64,000 nucleotides of DNA from Saccostrea echinata (Eukaryota): assembly GCF_033153115.1 (NCBI RefSeq), contig NW_026889805.1:16244001-16308000 (forward strand), written 5' to 3'. The notes under the pieces are model-generated. The model saw only the letters and a program-made list of their open reading frames with translations, had not been told where the DNA came from and ran no database searches. The translations under genes and the position numbers were made by a program. Positions 14,189 through 27,847 of this stretch are shown here, in pieces; the first letter of the stretch is position 1; each line of letters opens with the position of its first letter.

Positions 14189-15462
14189 TAGTGTATGATT
14201 TTAAAATTATTTCTGCTACCAACATTTAAAATACTTGTTGCTGAACATTATTAATACATATTATAACAGAGAGCAGACGATACAAATGTAGCGGTAAAAG
14301 ATTCTGCATGCCTCAAGTACATTTACAATAAGTTTCCGAGAAAGTTAAACTTCGTCTTAAAAACAATATTACTGTCTTGTCTTTCATAAGAAAAGCCAAA
14401 TACCATGCTATTCCCTGCAAGAATGTGATTGAAATATTTGTACAAGCCAGGAGCTCCCCCCCCCCCCCCCCCCCCGCCCCATTCAAGGCTTCGCCTAAGA
14501 CTTACGGGTGGCCTCACAGATTATATTGCCATTCATTTATTTTTAAGGGAGGACCAATTGATTCCGGAGGGGGGGGGGGTGGGCTGGCAATTTTTTCCCA
14601 GCTTTATTTCCATGTTAGTAAAGGACAATCAAATTTATTTTCAAAATCTGCCAGACCCCCCCCCCCCTAAATTTCAGAATTAAATTGTAAACGCTTTTAT
14701 GTTTTGACAATATAATTGAATTTTTATTTGGATTTAAGCCCCCTTTACTTTCAGGTGTGTAACTACGCCTCTGTTTGTAAAATACAGTGTATACTATTCA
14801 GCCTAAATATTTCAGTGTTTCTTAAATAGCAGTTGAAAAAGTACACAGTTTTAGGCTAAATATATATTTATTTGCAAACAGTTGGGGACTATAGATGTAT
14901 CAATATATATTACAAAGTTATTTATAAAATACGTACCAGTAGTCTAGAACTGCTCAAGCTTCATTTTTAAACAGCTCTTAATATTAATATAACTCTCAAG
15001 ATATCCACCAATCAGAAAAGGGCTTTCCCGGATTGTGACGATTTACATAACAACATCAACTTCCGGCCTCCCTTTTCTAAGTTTTACGGAATCGGTAGCA
15101 GTAGACCGAGTTTGAAGCGACATTTTAAGAATTGGAGAAGATTTAATGTGATTTGAGTTGAATTGCCCAAAAGTGGAGGCATAGTTAAAGTAATTACTTG
15201 AGGGAAACGGTTGTATCCGTTAATTTTAAACACATTGTAGACTAAAACTCGAGGCGAAGTAGCTGAACTGAAAATTTCAAAATGGCGACCGTGACGAACC
15301 TTGTTATTATTATAGTATGGGGGATTTTTTATTTATGGAAAGAAAGGTTAAAAACGTAAAGCGCCTGTGATTGGGAACAAACATTTATATCGGAGTAAAA
15401 ACTCAAAAGGTGTTAGAAAATATTACAACTAAACGATGAATACATCATATTCTAAGAAAATT

Positions 15463-15702
15463 ATTGCGTTGTGCAGGTATCACTATGATCTGCAAGGCAA
15501 TGCATTTGCTTGCAATTAATATTTTATTGAAGAAATGATTTCAATCAAAAGAGAATTAATACCATCAAAATTGATTTAATAATTTTCCGGAAAATCAGAT
15601 TTGATGGCAGAAACGTTGTTTATAATCGAAATCATTTTTTGATAGAAATATCAGTCACAAGCAACGGCATTGCATTGCAGATAATACTTTCACAGCGCAA
15701 TC
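15463..15702. repeat. Old degenerate palindromic element
   Basis: attgcgttgtg..atctgcaaggcaatgc..ttgcttg versus caagcaa..gcattgcattgcagat..cacagcgcaat, centred near ttttccggaaaa. Confidence 0.5.
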
Positions 15703-16336
15703 ATAGTATTCTATGAATTTACTTTTCAATCAAGTTAACGATATATTGTGGAATGATTTTAATTCGTGGAAGTTAATGTTTGTGGGCAAGCAAACGTTTG
15801 CTGTTTATATAGGGGGTGGGGCTTAATTTCGCGGGTAACTCGTAGATACAGATGATTTGATTAATCAATACTTTGACAAAGTTATTAATTGTGGGAATAT
15901 AAATTTGTGGGTAAGGGTGAACCATGAACATTGGTCCCCATAAAACAATAATGATTCCATATTTTTCATCGTTAAGTTAGTACAGTTTCTAATACGGTAC
16001 CTGGAGTTTTTTTTAAATAATCATTTTCTTTAAACATTTATATTGTTAACGATTTAGAAACATAAGTCTTATATAAATTTCAAGGTATGTAATTCATTTA
16101 ATTCATTTCATGCTCAACTGTTATGTATTTTTGAATATGTTTCCTTTTAAATAGGAGAGATTGCCATTGCGTCCGGACATAAACTTGCGAGTTACAAAGA
16201 AATTGCTCGTATTTGTAATTGCAAAATAGCGAAACACAAGACTTGGGGGGGGGGGGGGGGATTAAATGTATATCACTGTTTCTGCAAAATTGCAGCAAGG
16301 AAACATCAAGAAATAAGGAAGAAGTTTGAAACTTAC

Positions 16337-16405
16337 CTGAAGGTCTATCATTGGTGGACGAATGACTCCTGGTCTTTTAACAATAGCGGTTGTAGATGAA
16401 TTCAT
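16337..16405 (-). CDS. Putative alternative first coding exon B (MNSSTTAIVKRPGVIRPPMIDLQ)
   Basis: gctATG start, 69 nt = 23 codons, ends CAG|gtaagt (consensus donor), phase 0; MNSST...DLQ matches exons A, C, D. Confidence 0.75.
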
Positions 16406-18339
16406 AGCTACATGTGAATAGTTTCTCTCGTTTAAAACATCTTAAAACATCCCAGAAACGTTGGGTGATCACAAAAATAATCCAAGTAACAAATTAAATC
16501 TTACGAAGCTTGATTCCACAGACAAATCCAAGAAAGTCATTTTCATCCATTATAACATTATATTAATATGATTTAAGATTGTTAGGCTAGCAATCATGGC
16601 AGTCATATTTCTTACACTCCATGAGCTGAAAAGGAGTTTCCAGATAAAATAACTCCGCCATTATGTTTCTACTCTGAGAAAGAATATTAATACGTGCTAG
16701 CGAATTCTGCAAAGCAACCAGATACGGTTAAAGCATTCAACAAAATACGTTATGCATAAAAGTAGTATCATTTGTTCTCATAGAAACAATTTAATGGCAA
16801 AAATTATTGACAAACAACCTTGTCCAATCTCGGCTAAAAATCTATAGCCATTCAAACAAAAATACTGGGGATTAATGTGACTGAGAAGTGGGACTACTTA
16901 AAATTCGGTCTAGTTCATGACTACTTTCGACATTAACACTTCAAGATCAACCGCTATTGACTATCGACATACGTAACAATAAGGTCGCTCAATATTGTGT
17001 AGAAAGGCGAATCACGATTTCATTGATTTACTGAATAGGTCATTATGAATCAGATTATTGAAAACGGTTCTTTTCTTGGTCTTTGGCACAAACGTAAACA
17101 AAATGAAATCTACGACGTTACATTCCGTAATATTCTAATACTGACGATTGAATTAATGATAGATAGTCTTCAGAGGCCAGTTCAGTTCTCTGTGTTTAAA
17201 AATATAAAGTGTGCATATAATATGTGAAACGCGACTGACCCTTTAAGGTCTGATGACGTGTCTCGAATCTCTTCGTAATAAGCCGAAAACATATATAATT
17301 ATGAAACTTTGATTTCTAAGATGTTTTCAAAATGTCTGAAAGGAGATATAAACCATAAATGGTGATGTCGTCAATTCAAGTGATTTCTAGAAGGATTATA
17401 TAGGAAATCCTCTTGAATCTTGGAACAAATGCCTGGTAATGTACCTCAGTTTTTTGTGAGGAAACTTCTGAAAGTAGCAATACTTCAAACACAAATTCAT
17501 GGGAAAAAATTATATGTAATTGCGGGATGTGTCGCCTGACCTTCAGGGCAATGATCTAATATGTGACCTTCTCCTCTCCAAACAATCTTAAGACATTGTT
17601 GTGACATACCCTCTGACTATAAGCTACCCTTATGACCTTCTAATATTTCTGCATTAAAGTTATGGACGGGACAAGAATTTCCAATTGCTTTGACCTTGAC
17701 AATTAGGTAAATGCAATTCCTTATAAACAAAGACTACGGTGTTGTTACATACTTTGTCAGCTGATTTTAACCATAAAATCAAAAGCCTTAATGGTCACCT
17801 GTGTATAATTATTGAAAACGATAATACAACGATCTGGTAATGTGATATTTTATTCCATTTACGATAGGATTTTGAAAAAAGAGGGGGGGATTATGATCCG
17901 ATCCCTGGAAGAATGTATATTGGTACGCGTATCGGCAATAACACCATTCTTCGTCAACTGGTTTTCCCTGGTCTTTCTAAATAACATTTAAAGTACAAAG
18001 AAAACAAAGAAAAATGCATTTTTGTATAATGAAATATATGGAGATAACAAACAGTATTCAAGCTCAGAAGTCAATTTATACAATACAAATCAGGAGCAGA
18101 GCAAACACGTGGAGGAGTGAGCAGCATCCTCTTCTAATATATGCATGTATTTGTTTTATTTACAAGTTTACGTGACCATAAAAACTATAAAAGTCCTTTT
18201 TGCTATATATTAGAAATTTTCATGTTTTTTTTTAACTCAAATAGTTCATTTTTAAAATTATTTACAGTGATTTATTATCAAAAGTAGGAAATAAGAAAGG
18301 AATGAACTCTATCAATGTATAGTAACACATTCCCTAATA

Positions 18340-19018
18340 TTTGATCAATAGAGCCCTGCCTTATCACCAGAACCCCCGATCCACTGGTCATTAATTTCAC
18401 AAATCTGATTGAAACACCATTTCTTATTACAACTATGAATTGGTTTCTCTTGATGAAGAGCCAAGGAGTAGAGTAAATTTTTAAACAATGAATGCATTTT
18501 CAGTGTATGATCACAAGAACCCCGCCTTAAGATCTGAACCCTTACCCAGGGGGCATGAATTTCACAATATTGGATAGACACCCTTGTTCATCATAATTAT
18601 AAACGGAGGAAGAGAAGAAGATTTTAAAGAATTTATGCGTTTTCACTACATGATCAATAGAGCCCTCCCCCCTAAATACCAGAACCCCTGATCCAAGGCC
18701 CGTGAATTTCACAATCTCTGTAAAGGACTCTGCTAATTGCGATTATGCCAATAGGTTGACTGCTAGATGTCAAGGAGTAGAGAAAAAAGATTTTTGAATA
18801 TTGCTTTCATTTTTATGGTTTTGTCCCAAGTTCACTCAGGCCCAAGGCATGCAGAGACCATGGAACTCAAAATTTTTTGTTGCCTTAATCGGTGGAAATT
18901 GGTTCAGTGGTTCTTAAGAAGAATGAAGCTGAAAATATTCAAAACTTTACGACCAACAGGCGACGAAAAACGCACGAGGACGGACAAACACAGCTAGCTG
19001 GGTGACTCAAGTGACCAT
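18340..19018. repeat. Degenerate Helentron-like remnant with internal repeats (third family)
   Basis: Repeated atcaatagagccct..ccagaaccc and tgaatttcacaat units; ends gacggaca...ggtgactcaagtgacc hairpin. Confidence 0.45.
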
Positions 19019-21898
19019 TAAGTTAGTGAATTTTTCTTCAAAAGTCTTGTTAGGTAGATATAGTTACTGGCATCTATTTTCTCTGAACTCTCAGGCTGAT
19101 ACGCACTGAAATTCTGGAGAGCTCTGCAGTGAACCAAAGATGTCCACCTCAGGGAAACTTAACAATAAAACTGAATTAGTGGAGGCTTTTCCGAAAACGA
19201 ATCTTTACAGGTTTTAGCTAGTTAAATCGAAAAATCCTAGCTAATTTGCCCACAGTCTAAGTATCTGAATACTTCATAAATCAATAATTTTACACAACAG
19301 CTAGCATTAAAAGCAAACTTGTCGTTTGTTTTAAAGGGTGATTGGGGAAATATTTAATAATTTGACTGTTCTTCGAGTCTATGCACACTTTGAAAATTGG
19401 ATTCGTCTCATACATGCATAGTTTCAAGAGATATTTTTCCTCTGCTGGAGAGAGACGGCGAATATACCCTTAAAAATATCATAGATAAATGTCTTAAAAC
19501 CATTTGTTTTGGTCAAAATTTATCGTCATATGTCATTTTATAAAATATTTTATTTACATATGCATATAATGGAACTAGAAAAAAAACAACAAATGGTTTT
19601 AACTTTGCTATTGCAAGCAATGGGAAATGTTAACCCGAACTAACTCTAACGGTGCAATATTCAAGTTAAAATTATCTAGGGAAGGCAACTATTTTAAAAT
19701 TCTGCCAAATTTCATTTTTTTTTTCTTTCAGAAATTACCATTTCTTTGTTTCCATGATACAGTAGACATTTGACAGACCTTAAAAGTAGAATAAACCTTA
19801 TACATCAGTGTTATGCAGCTTCAATACCTTTAGACGAAGGAATGTTTTTTAATCGCCTTTTTTGTTCCGATGCCAAGAGTGACAAAGTTTGTACAGCAAT
19901 TACAATTTCTTGTAGAAATCAGTTTGACTTTGACATAAAAAGAATTTTCGTTCTCGGTTACATAATAATTGAACAAGTAAATTTGTAAAAAAGTAATTAT
20001 CTTCTCTACTATAAGAATAAACATTCAAGGTTTGCCTAACTCTACAGTATTCAGCGATTAATAATTGTTTTATCTCAAAGGAGGCCTTACAAACACATTC
20101 CTAAGAGGACCATACAAGTTTTAATGTTCAGAGCATATACTGCCGCTTTGAAAAAGGAATTAAGAAATCAAGTTATATCTAGAGTAGGTAGAGTCTGGAT
20201 TAGAAAAGCGTTCAATATAGGATCATATGCTGTATAGCTTGTCGGTTTACGGAGGTCATTTTTCGATTTTGAGGGGATACACCACTTACATTGTCAACGG
20301 TGGCCAACAGAATAATAAATTGGTCACGTGACACAGTCAGATTGGTCAACAAATGGACGGTTACACAGACAAGATGTCCTAATCTTCTATAATCCTATCG
20401 ATTCAACGTTGCTCACTTTAAATTGATTTTGCCTTACGTCAAGACATCGAGAAGTATTCAATCCTTAGTGTAGTTTATTACTTTTTAACAACAGTATTGG
20501 ATGTGGCTAATGAAAATTCAGCTAAATTTTTTTTTCGCATACTTTCAATATGTACCACACCTTGTCCAGTTTAGCGAAAATTAAAAGAATTCTCTTCAAA
20601 TTTCATACAACCTTCATGTATTTAAGAATTAAAGCTTGTTGAACGTAATTATATACCTTCTGGCAGCTATTTGCTTGATGAACACGATCGTATTTCAAAT
20701 TAAACGAATCATATATGATAACTAATGAATTATTGACACGCAATTTGGATAGGACTAACGGCATTGAAACTTTCTGTTATTGATTTATCTTGTATGTAAA
20801 GTTTAGACAGTGTTCATAATGATTTACATTTCGAACACAACATTTAAAGTGTACCTTGAAATAAAAATGTATCTCATGTTTGCTCTATCAACAAGTTGTA
20901 TTGACTAATCAATAACAATTAAAAAGCAAATTATCAATATTTCCTCTCATTCTCTGTTTGTTGGGTGTTATTGGCCGTAAAATATCGCATCTCTCTTCTA
21001 CAACACATCAGTGCACAATTTTGTCCTCAAAGGAGGTGGTGCTTGTATGAAAAGATTACCAATCTATCTTTTCAAGAAACAAGGCCGATGCATACATTCA
21101 ATGCCAATGATCACGCAATATTTTATTAGGAATTGCTATCTTTTTCACTTGAAGATATGACGTCTAAAACCGATCAAAATCATTTGGAAAAATCACTTTA
21201 AATATTATCATACAATGTATCAATGAATGATCATTTAATTATTTAAAAAAAAATACTGGAAAGGACAACAGGGAAAAGGCATATATGAAGAAAAAACCTT
21301 AAGTATGCAAACAAAATTACTGCGGGATTGAGGGGGGGGGGGTTGAAAAAAACAAATTAAATACACCAAAAGAATAAAAGTATATAACCGCGGTATTCAT
21401 AGAGGCTGCAAACGTTACAATGAGGTCGACTGGTATCTCTCAATTTTACTCTGTTCTTAGAATCTGTTGTCTTAGCCCAGCACTATATATATAGATCTGA
21501 AGCAATCAAAACTTTTTTTTTTACCTACAACACTAAAGACCTGGCTCATTTTTTGGAGGACATAACTTTTTAAAATCAAATTCCTTGCAATACCAGATAC
21601 GATTGCCAAATATTTTGATATGAAAAAAGAGAAGAATATATCAAACAGCGGACTTAAGGCTTCAAAACAGCATACTAGTATATTTTAACTCTATGATTCG
21701 AAAGCAAGACAAACTGAACTGCCGTTTGAATTTCTGTATTTCAAATAATGCCCTTTATATTCTTCAGTTAATTCTTTGTCAGTTAAACAACAACAAAATA
21801 TATGGAAATATGTAAATTTCATTGAACAGTTTCACCCATTCTTCTTCTCGGGCTATTTAGTGGAAAGACTAGATTTATATCTTATCAATTCAAATGTT

Positions 21899-22760
21899 CT
21901 TTGGTTTGAACATATTTTATTGTAATTAATAAATACAATGGGATTGGGCACAAGTTCTGAAAACTTATTACGCCCTCTCCCTACATGTAAATTACATATT
22001 TAAATCGTCACAGTTAAACATGAAGTTTTAAAGTATACAATAATTGCAAAAGTTTACAAAACGATGCATTTTGCTGATATATAGATACACTTAATTTTGT
22101 ACCAATGCATATACTGATACATTAGTTAATGCTAACAAGGAAATCTACCAGAATGTTTAATAAATAATTGAACAAAAGAAAAGAGACGTTCATTTTCTGC
22201 AGCATTCAATGAATCTACCCCCCATAATAAGACATGAGTATCTAGAATGTGGATCTTGTCAAATTGTAAAAATTTATTTAAGAATTCTTTTCTGGCTTTC
22301 TCATACTTTGGACATACAAAAAAATAATGATATGTATCCTCAACTTTACCACAGGAGCATAAAGGACTTGATATTAAATTGCATCTATAAAGGTCGCTAT
22401 TCAATACGCAATTATGCCGTAGTCTGGTTTGCAGAACATTTAGTCGTCTGTTACCGTAATCAAAGTATGATGGTGGAGCAGATTTTTTAGTACTAATTTT
22501 AGATTTGAATTTTGACATTGACTGTAAATTTCGAATTTCGAGTGGAATTGAGTTCCATTCATTAACTACTGTCGGAATAAATGTAGACTTATAAGTTTGT
22601 AATCGACATTTTGGAATATCATAATTTTGAGAATTTCTTGTAGAGTATATAGATGTGTTACAGCGCATATCTGGAAGTATGTCCATTAAGTATTCAGGCA
22701 CTAAATTATTATGAAGCTTGAACATAGTTTTTATTCTAGCTTCTTGTCTTCTACAACTAA
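21899..22760 (-). mobile_element. 5'-truncated non-LTR retrotransposon (CR1/L2-group LINE): ORF2 C-terminus plus 3'UTR
   Basis: ORF 22132..22725 has FIPTVVNEWNSIP, TRLRHNC and a CSCGKVEDTYHYFFVC zinc-knuckle typical of post-RT LINE C-termini; 3'UTR with aataaa and ttcaaaccaaa tail. Confidence 0.85.
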
Positions 22761-23884
22761 TGTTCTTTCACACTTGTAGTCATGATGCAGCTTTTATTCA
22801 AGAAACGAAATATGTCAAAAAGAACACAAGTTCAATGTGCTGAAGGCAGAATAATTATTTGCTTGATATTAGTGATAATGGTAAATAAACTTTTAAAGAT
22901 ATGTATTATTTATTTCAAACCATTGATTATTAAACCTGACAAAGCTCTGTTTGATGATCGGTCATGAATTTTAGATCAGGTACATTTGATAAAATTATCA
23001 TGTTCTCTGCACTCGCTTTGTAGACCAATTTAATTTCTGGTTATCAAATGAATAACTACCAAAAAACTTTCATTTCAAAACACTATTATAATAACTTTGT
23101 GTTTTAATTGATTTTGATATTAAAATTTTTATTTTTATTTTTTTTTTTAGACTTGTATATGCTTCTTTGCGAAAAGAAGATCATCACCGAGAATTCAATT
23201 TAACGATTTAAAAGTATATTCTGTGAAAAATGTGAGTCCTTGGGTTATTTTGCTTCACTTTTCCTGTGAAAGTAAGTGAAAACAATTTTCTAATAAGAAT
23301 TTTCCTTGAATGTCAATCTATGGAAAATGTAATCTTATTGTATATTAAAATATGAGTTAAAAATTACGTCAATACCAAAACTAGTTGTTTCATAGTGAAA
23401 CATCTTTTCAGAGAAGTCAAAGCAGCGATCGTTTTACTGTAGACTTTAGATAAATGTTCAAAATCTTAGGATGCTATCTTGAATTTTTCACTCAGATATT
23501 CCCTATGGTGGAAATCACATATAATTTTATAATACGTGGGCACAAAAATCACTCTCAAGAGAACTACCAACAATAGATTTCATCTATGTCTGGAATGATT
23601 TTATACTAAATCATCCAAAAACAAAGTAAAGCTGTGTTCAGGGGAATAATTCTTGGATTTCTATAAATATTAGCAAAATTTATTAAATTTTGCCCAGTAA
23701 GATCTCATCCACTTGTTTTAATCGTATGTACTCTGCAAGAATATGGCAAAATATTATGCATATACCCCGGTAGAATTTCCTTAGGCTAAAATGAAAATCA
23801 TTCAAATACTGTTGTAGATCGCTATGGACTTGAGTCTTCTGTATGAAAAGACTTCAATAACTAGAAAAAAAAAACCACACTTAC

Positions 23885-23971
23885 CTCCAAATCCACAGGT
23901 TGTCCTTTATTTTTGTTTTTCTTTGATTTTCCGGAAGAAGCCCTCACAGTGACTGATGTTGACGCATTCAT
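23885..23971 (-). CDS. Putative alternative first coding exon C (MNASTSVTVRASSGKSKKNKNKGQPVDLE)
   Basis: acaATG start, 87 nt = 29 codons, ends GAG|gtaagt, phase 0; MNASTSVxV...DLE matches exon D. Confidence 0.78.
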
Positions 23972-26900
23972 TGTTTCTGCAGCACTATCAAGTACGAACC
24001 CCGCAAATCGTAATACAATTCCGCAAAAGTTCGGCTACCCTCGAGAGTGACATCAATTAAGAGGTGATGCAATTTCGTCGACTAGAAAATTAAAATTATC
24101 CAATCGAGAGAAATGCAAAAATAAATCTTAGACAAAACAGTCTTGCACAATTATAAATGGGCATTTAGTCATTTCTTTTGCAAATATGTTATCCCGGGGC
24201 GGCAATTCATTTTCGTCCTTTCGACACACTCTTAGAGAAGGACTAGAAAAATATTCCGCATCCTTATAATAACTTTAGGCAGCTGGTACAATGGCAAATT
24301 TACATCATTTTTTCCCAAAGGTATCCTAAAAAATCATCACTGAGTGTCGCCATGAATCTCTTAATTCGATGTCTTTTGCAGATCAGAAGAGATGGAATCC
24401 ACACGTTCTATGACAATACTCAATTTTCCTCGTCTGGATCTGACACTAACACACTATGGAAAAACAAAATCAAATCTGCTGAAGGAAAAAGCAGGATATG
24501 TAAGTAATGACGGATAGAATCCGATTCCAGATCCTCTGGTGTCAGTTTCCCTACGCAATTCGCACGGCACCGTGTTCCTCCATCCGACGTTATTAGAAAG
24601 TAATATATCTGTGTACGAAATGCCACGGATAAGCAGTAGTTATTAACTGTTTTCTCTCACAAATAGCAGATTATTAATTGTCTTCCAATTTCAAGAGCAA
24701 TTTAATCCCAGTGTGTTGCTGTGGCCCTTCGAATCAAAATCGATCTCTTAAGGTTGATCCGATATATGTATGAAAAAAATTCATCTATAATTCACTATAG
24801 TGATGTATTTGATTCAAAGGTCCAAAGAGCTTGTTACTTTGGCAAGATAAATTTTGACTATGGTCCAAAAGGTGAAGCAACAACATCAGCTATAAACCAT
24901 AAAACAGGGAAAATGCCGCCCTCAACTCGTTTTCGGGCAAAAACTTGTCTGTTCCACCACAATAAATGATTAAAATACGATACAATAAAGAGTTTTCTCT
25001 AGATCGTAGCTGAGAATTCGTGATGGGATGATGAGTTGTATCTTCAAAGTAATGAACTCTCAACATCATTCGTAACAATTAATGTAATTATAAATGAAAT
25101 ACAGAGGGACCGAATCACACTTTGGGACCCTGTGTTGATATTATTATTATATCTCTCCTAATTGATGGGTAAACATCGAGGTTTCGTTATTTCATTGGAA
25201 AGGCTGAGAAAACATTGATTGCCATTGATGCCTCATAACAAATGTTGGAAAAGAGTAAAACGTTTAGGGACCAGGTTACGAATTGCTCGCAATCAATAGA
25301 TTTCTCTTTCACTCTTTCGTGTTTGAAGGAGGATGTTTCTTTATTTGCTTTTTACGTCGCTCACTAATTACGCTGAATACTTGATTTCTCCAAGTACTTA
25401 AAATTTCATAACCTTCTTACCTCGCCGACGAAAAAAAAGGAATTCAATGTTGTTCAAAAGTCTTATCATCTGCGCAAATTACAGACTGACCTAACGCTTT
25501 GGGTGCAGGATGATATACAATGTTACAAAACGATAGGCACGCATTCGTGTACATTGCTCAGGCTATCCAGTGCAGATTAGAGTATAACAATTATACTGTT
25601 CTTTTTCCATCAAATTCAAAATTAAAAACTTAAATTTTCTTTAAATTTTGACAAACGCAAATTTAAAGTGATTTTCAAAGGGTAAATAATTTTTACAATT
25701 AATGGACAAAAAAGAAATCAATCGTCTGTCTTTTTTCAAACTTGATAATGATCCATTAACAACTTGCAGTCTGTGGATATTCATTTTTTCCCTTGACACC
25801 AGCTAAGGGCCTTAAATCTCAATTTAGAAATAGCCATTCTTATTACTTAAGACAGACTCGAGACAACCTTTAATTAAGAGAGTGTGGTGGATAATAACTA
25901 TATATTCTGAAGAAAATCGATTTTGGATGAATGGAAAAGTGCTGAGTGTTTAATACCAATGTCCATTTTGACCAAAATTAAAAGTAAATATTACGCACCT
26001 TAATGTATCGAAAGGATGAAAGACTAGTAAGCCAACCCCCGTTGTTTGAACACTGAACTTTTAGAGTTTGAAAAAACGCAGTTAGGGTCAAAATCTCGCA
26101 AAGAGTTTTTTACTATCTTTTTGGGCTAGATCCATTATGACGTCATGAGTTTAAAAAAAAACAACTTATTTTTACCATACTTTATACTTACTTTATAGCT
26201 ACAATTAAATTCTGTTGAAGATGAAGCATTTTCATAGAATTCGATTTGAAATCATACGTATTTAATAAAGTACCTTGATCTAAGATCTAGAGAAAACGAT
26301 TTTAGGAACTAATTTTATGCATGTAAAGCAATCTATATATTAATAACATAATAATCGTAAACAGTTTTTTAAAGTAATAGATTTCTTGCACATTATCACA
26401 GTTAAACACTGTTTTGGTGATAAATTAATTACCCTTTTAAGGAAGTAAACTTTATTGTTAAAAAAAAGGCAGACCTACCTGTGAAACGCCTGCAAAATAT
26501 TCATTTAAATTCATAATAAAAGCATACAAATAATTTAAAAATACAGAACATACTGCTAAACCTAGAAGAATCCAGTAGTGTTAATAACAAATAAATTACA
26601 ATTAGGTAAATTTTTCTGTAAAAAAAGAAACTCTTGCAGCCACATCATACTTTGGAGTGATTGACTTCTGTATCTGACCATGGACTAAGTCAACAGCCTC
26701 CCGAGGGAATCGTGTTGAGGAAATCCAGAAATACAACCCCAGGGATAAATAATTTTGGGGTATATTTATATTCTTTTGACATGTCGTGTTAAATCTCTTG
26801 AATCCTTACACAATTAGTGTATATCTTGAAAACATTTCCATTGTGATATCTGAACATTCAATGACCTTGGCTTCGCACAAAAGATAATTCGCGTTCTGTT

Positions 26901-27352
26901 GACATTATTAATGTGTGTGTATGTAAGGGAAAAAAAGAGAAAAAACGGGCGCCAGCTGAATTTACAAATTTGCACAAGTGTGAATCAAAGCAAATTACTA
27001 TATACAGAAGTACAGTCAAGATGTTGAGTCATGGTAATTAGGATGATATGTACTTCATTTACAGACATTAAAAATGTCTCACTCAAAGAGAAAGTACGCT
27101 AGAACCGTAAGAATCAGAGCTTCGTGAATAATTCATGCATACCCTTTAACTTAAGGCAAAAGTTTTAAGAGCATTGTATCCAAAGACTAGTTTATAAAAC
27201 AGTAGTTTCACAATCATTCTCCATTCCTGATTTCTTTGCCACAAGGTATTTTCGTAACTCGTTATTACAATAGTTATATCAAAATTTTCCGCCTATCTGC
27301 CATTTACAATAAAACAGGTATTATTTGTAATACTGATATGTTCATAATGGTT

Positions 27353-27492
27353 TTGTCATGTTGTAAATTTTGTTTACTGGGTGGCAGTAAATACGTATAC
27401 AAAATATACAACATGTCAACTAGTTGTCCTGTTGTAAATTTTGTATTTACTTCCACCCAGTAAATTCAAAATTTACAACGTCAGTTTGACAA
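27353..27492. mobile_element. Small MITE (second copy at 29041-29379)
   Basis: gttgtaaattttgtttactgggtgg / ccacccagtaaattcaaaatttacaac inverted arms. Confidence 0.6.
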
Positions 27493-27847
27493 TCAGAGCT
27501 GAATCACTATACCTTTAACGTTTATTTTTGTGAATAGTCTCCCAATTATCGTTTTTAAAACAGGTGCTTTTATTGCAAGTGATGGAATCAGAAACAAGGT
27601 CCTGTAGTATAAATTCCCCATGAATTATGTATATTTGTTTGGGGAAAACAAGTCAAGCGGCGAGGAAAACATATCGTATTTGGAACGTGACGTTGGTATC
27701 GTATTTAAAATTAATAACCATCGAGGCATCTGTGTGGAATGTTGTGCACGCGAAAAGTTAGTGATAAAAATGCTACAGTTTACCATTAAATTTCTTATTA
27801 GTTACAGATTCCAAGAACTTTAAAAATTCAAGACCATATTTAAAAAA

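Larger units (their letters stand above)
12975..15369. mobile_element. Non-autonomous DNA transposon with 329-bp TIRs and 8-bp TSD (P/hAT-like ends)
   Basis: 12975-13303 is the near-identical reverse complement of 15041-15369; termini CACAGG...CCTGTG; flanked by attgggaa at 12967-12974 and 15370-15377; no transposase ORF inside. Confidence 0.9.

Noticed and set aside
14323-14683. Pro/Gly-rich ORFs
   Set aside because: Caused by poly-C/poly-G tracts in MITE-like debris inside the 329-bp-TIR element.
16282-16336. Possible 55-nt intron after exon B giving ...DLQKQ*
   Set aside because: Very short intron with no equivalent after the other exons; nearby acceptors after C and D give unrelated tails, so a tandem two-exon-gene model is unsupported.
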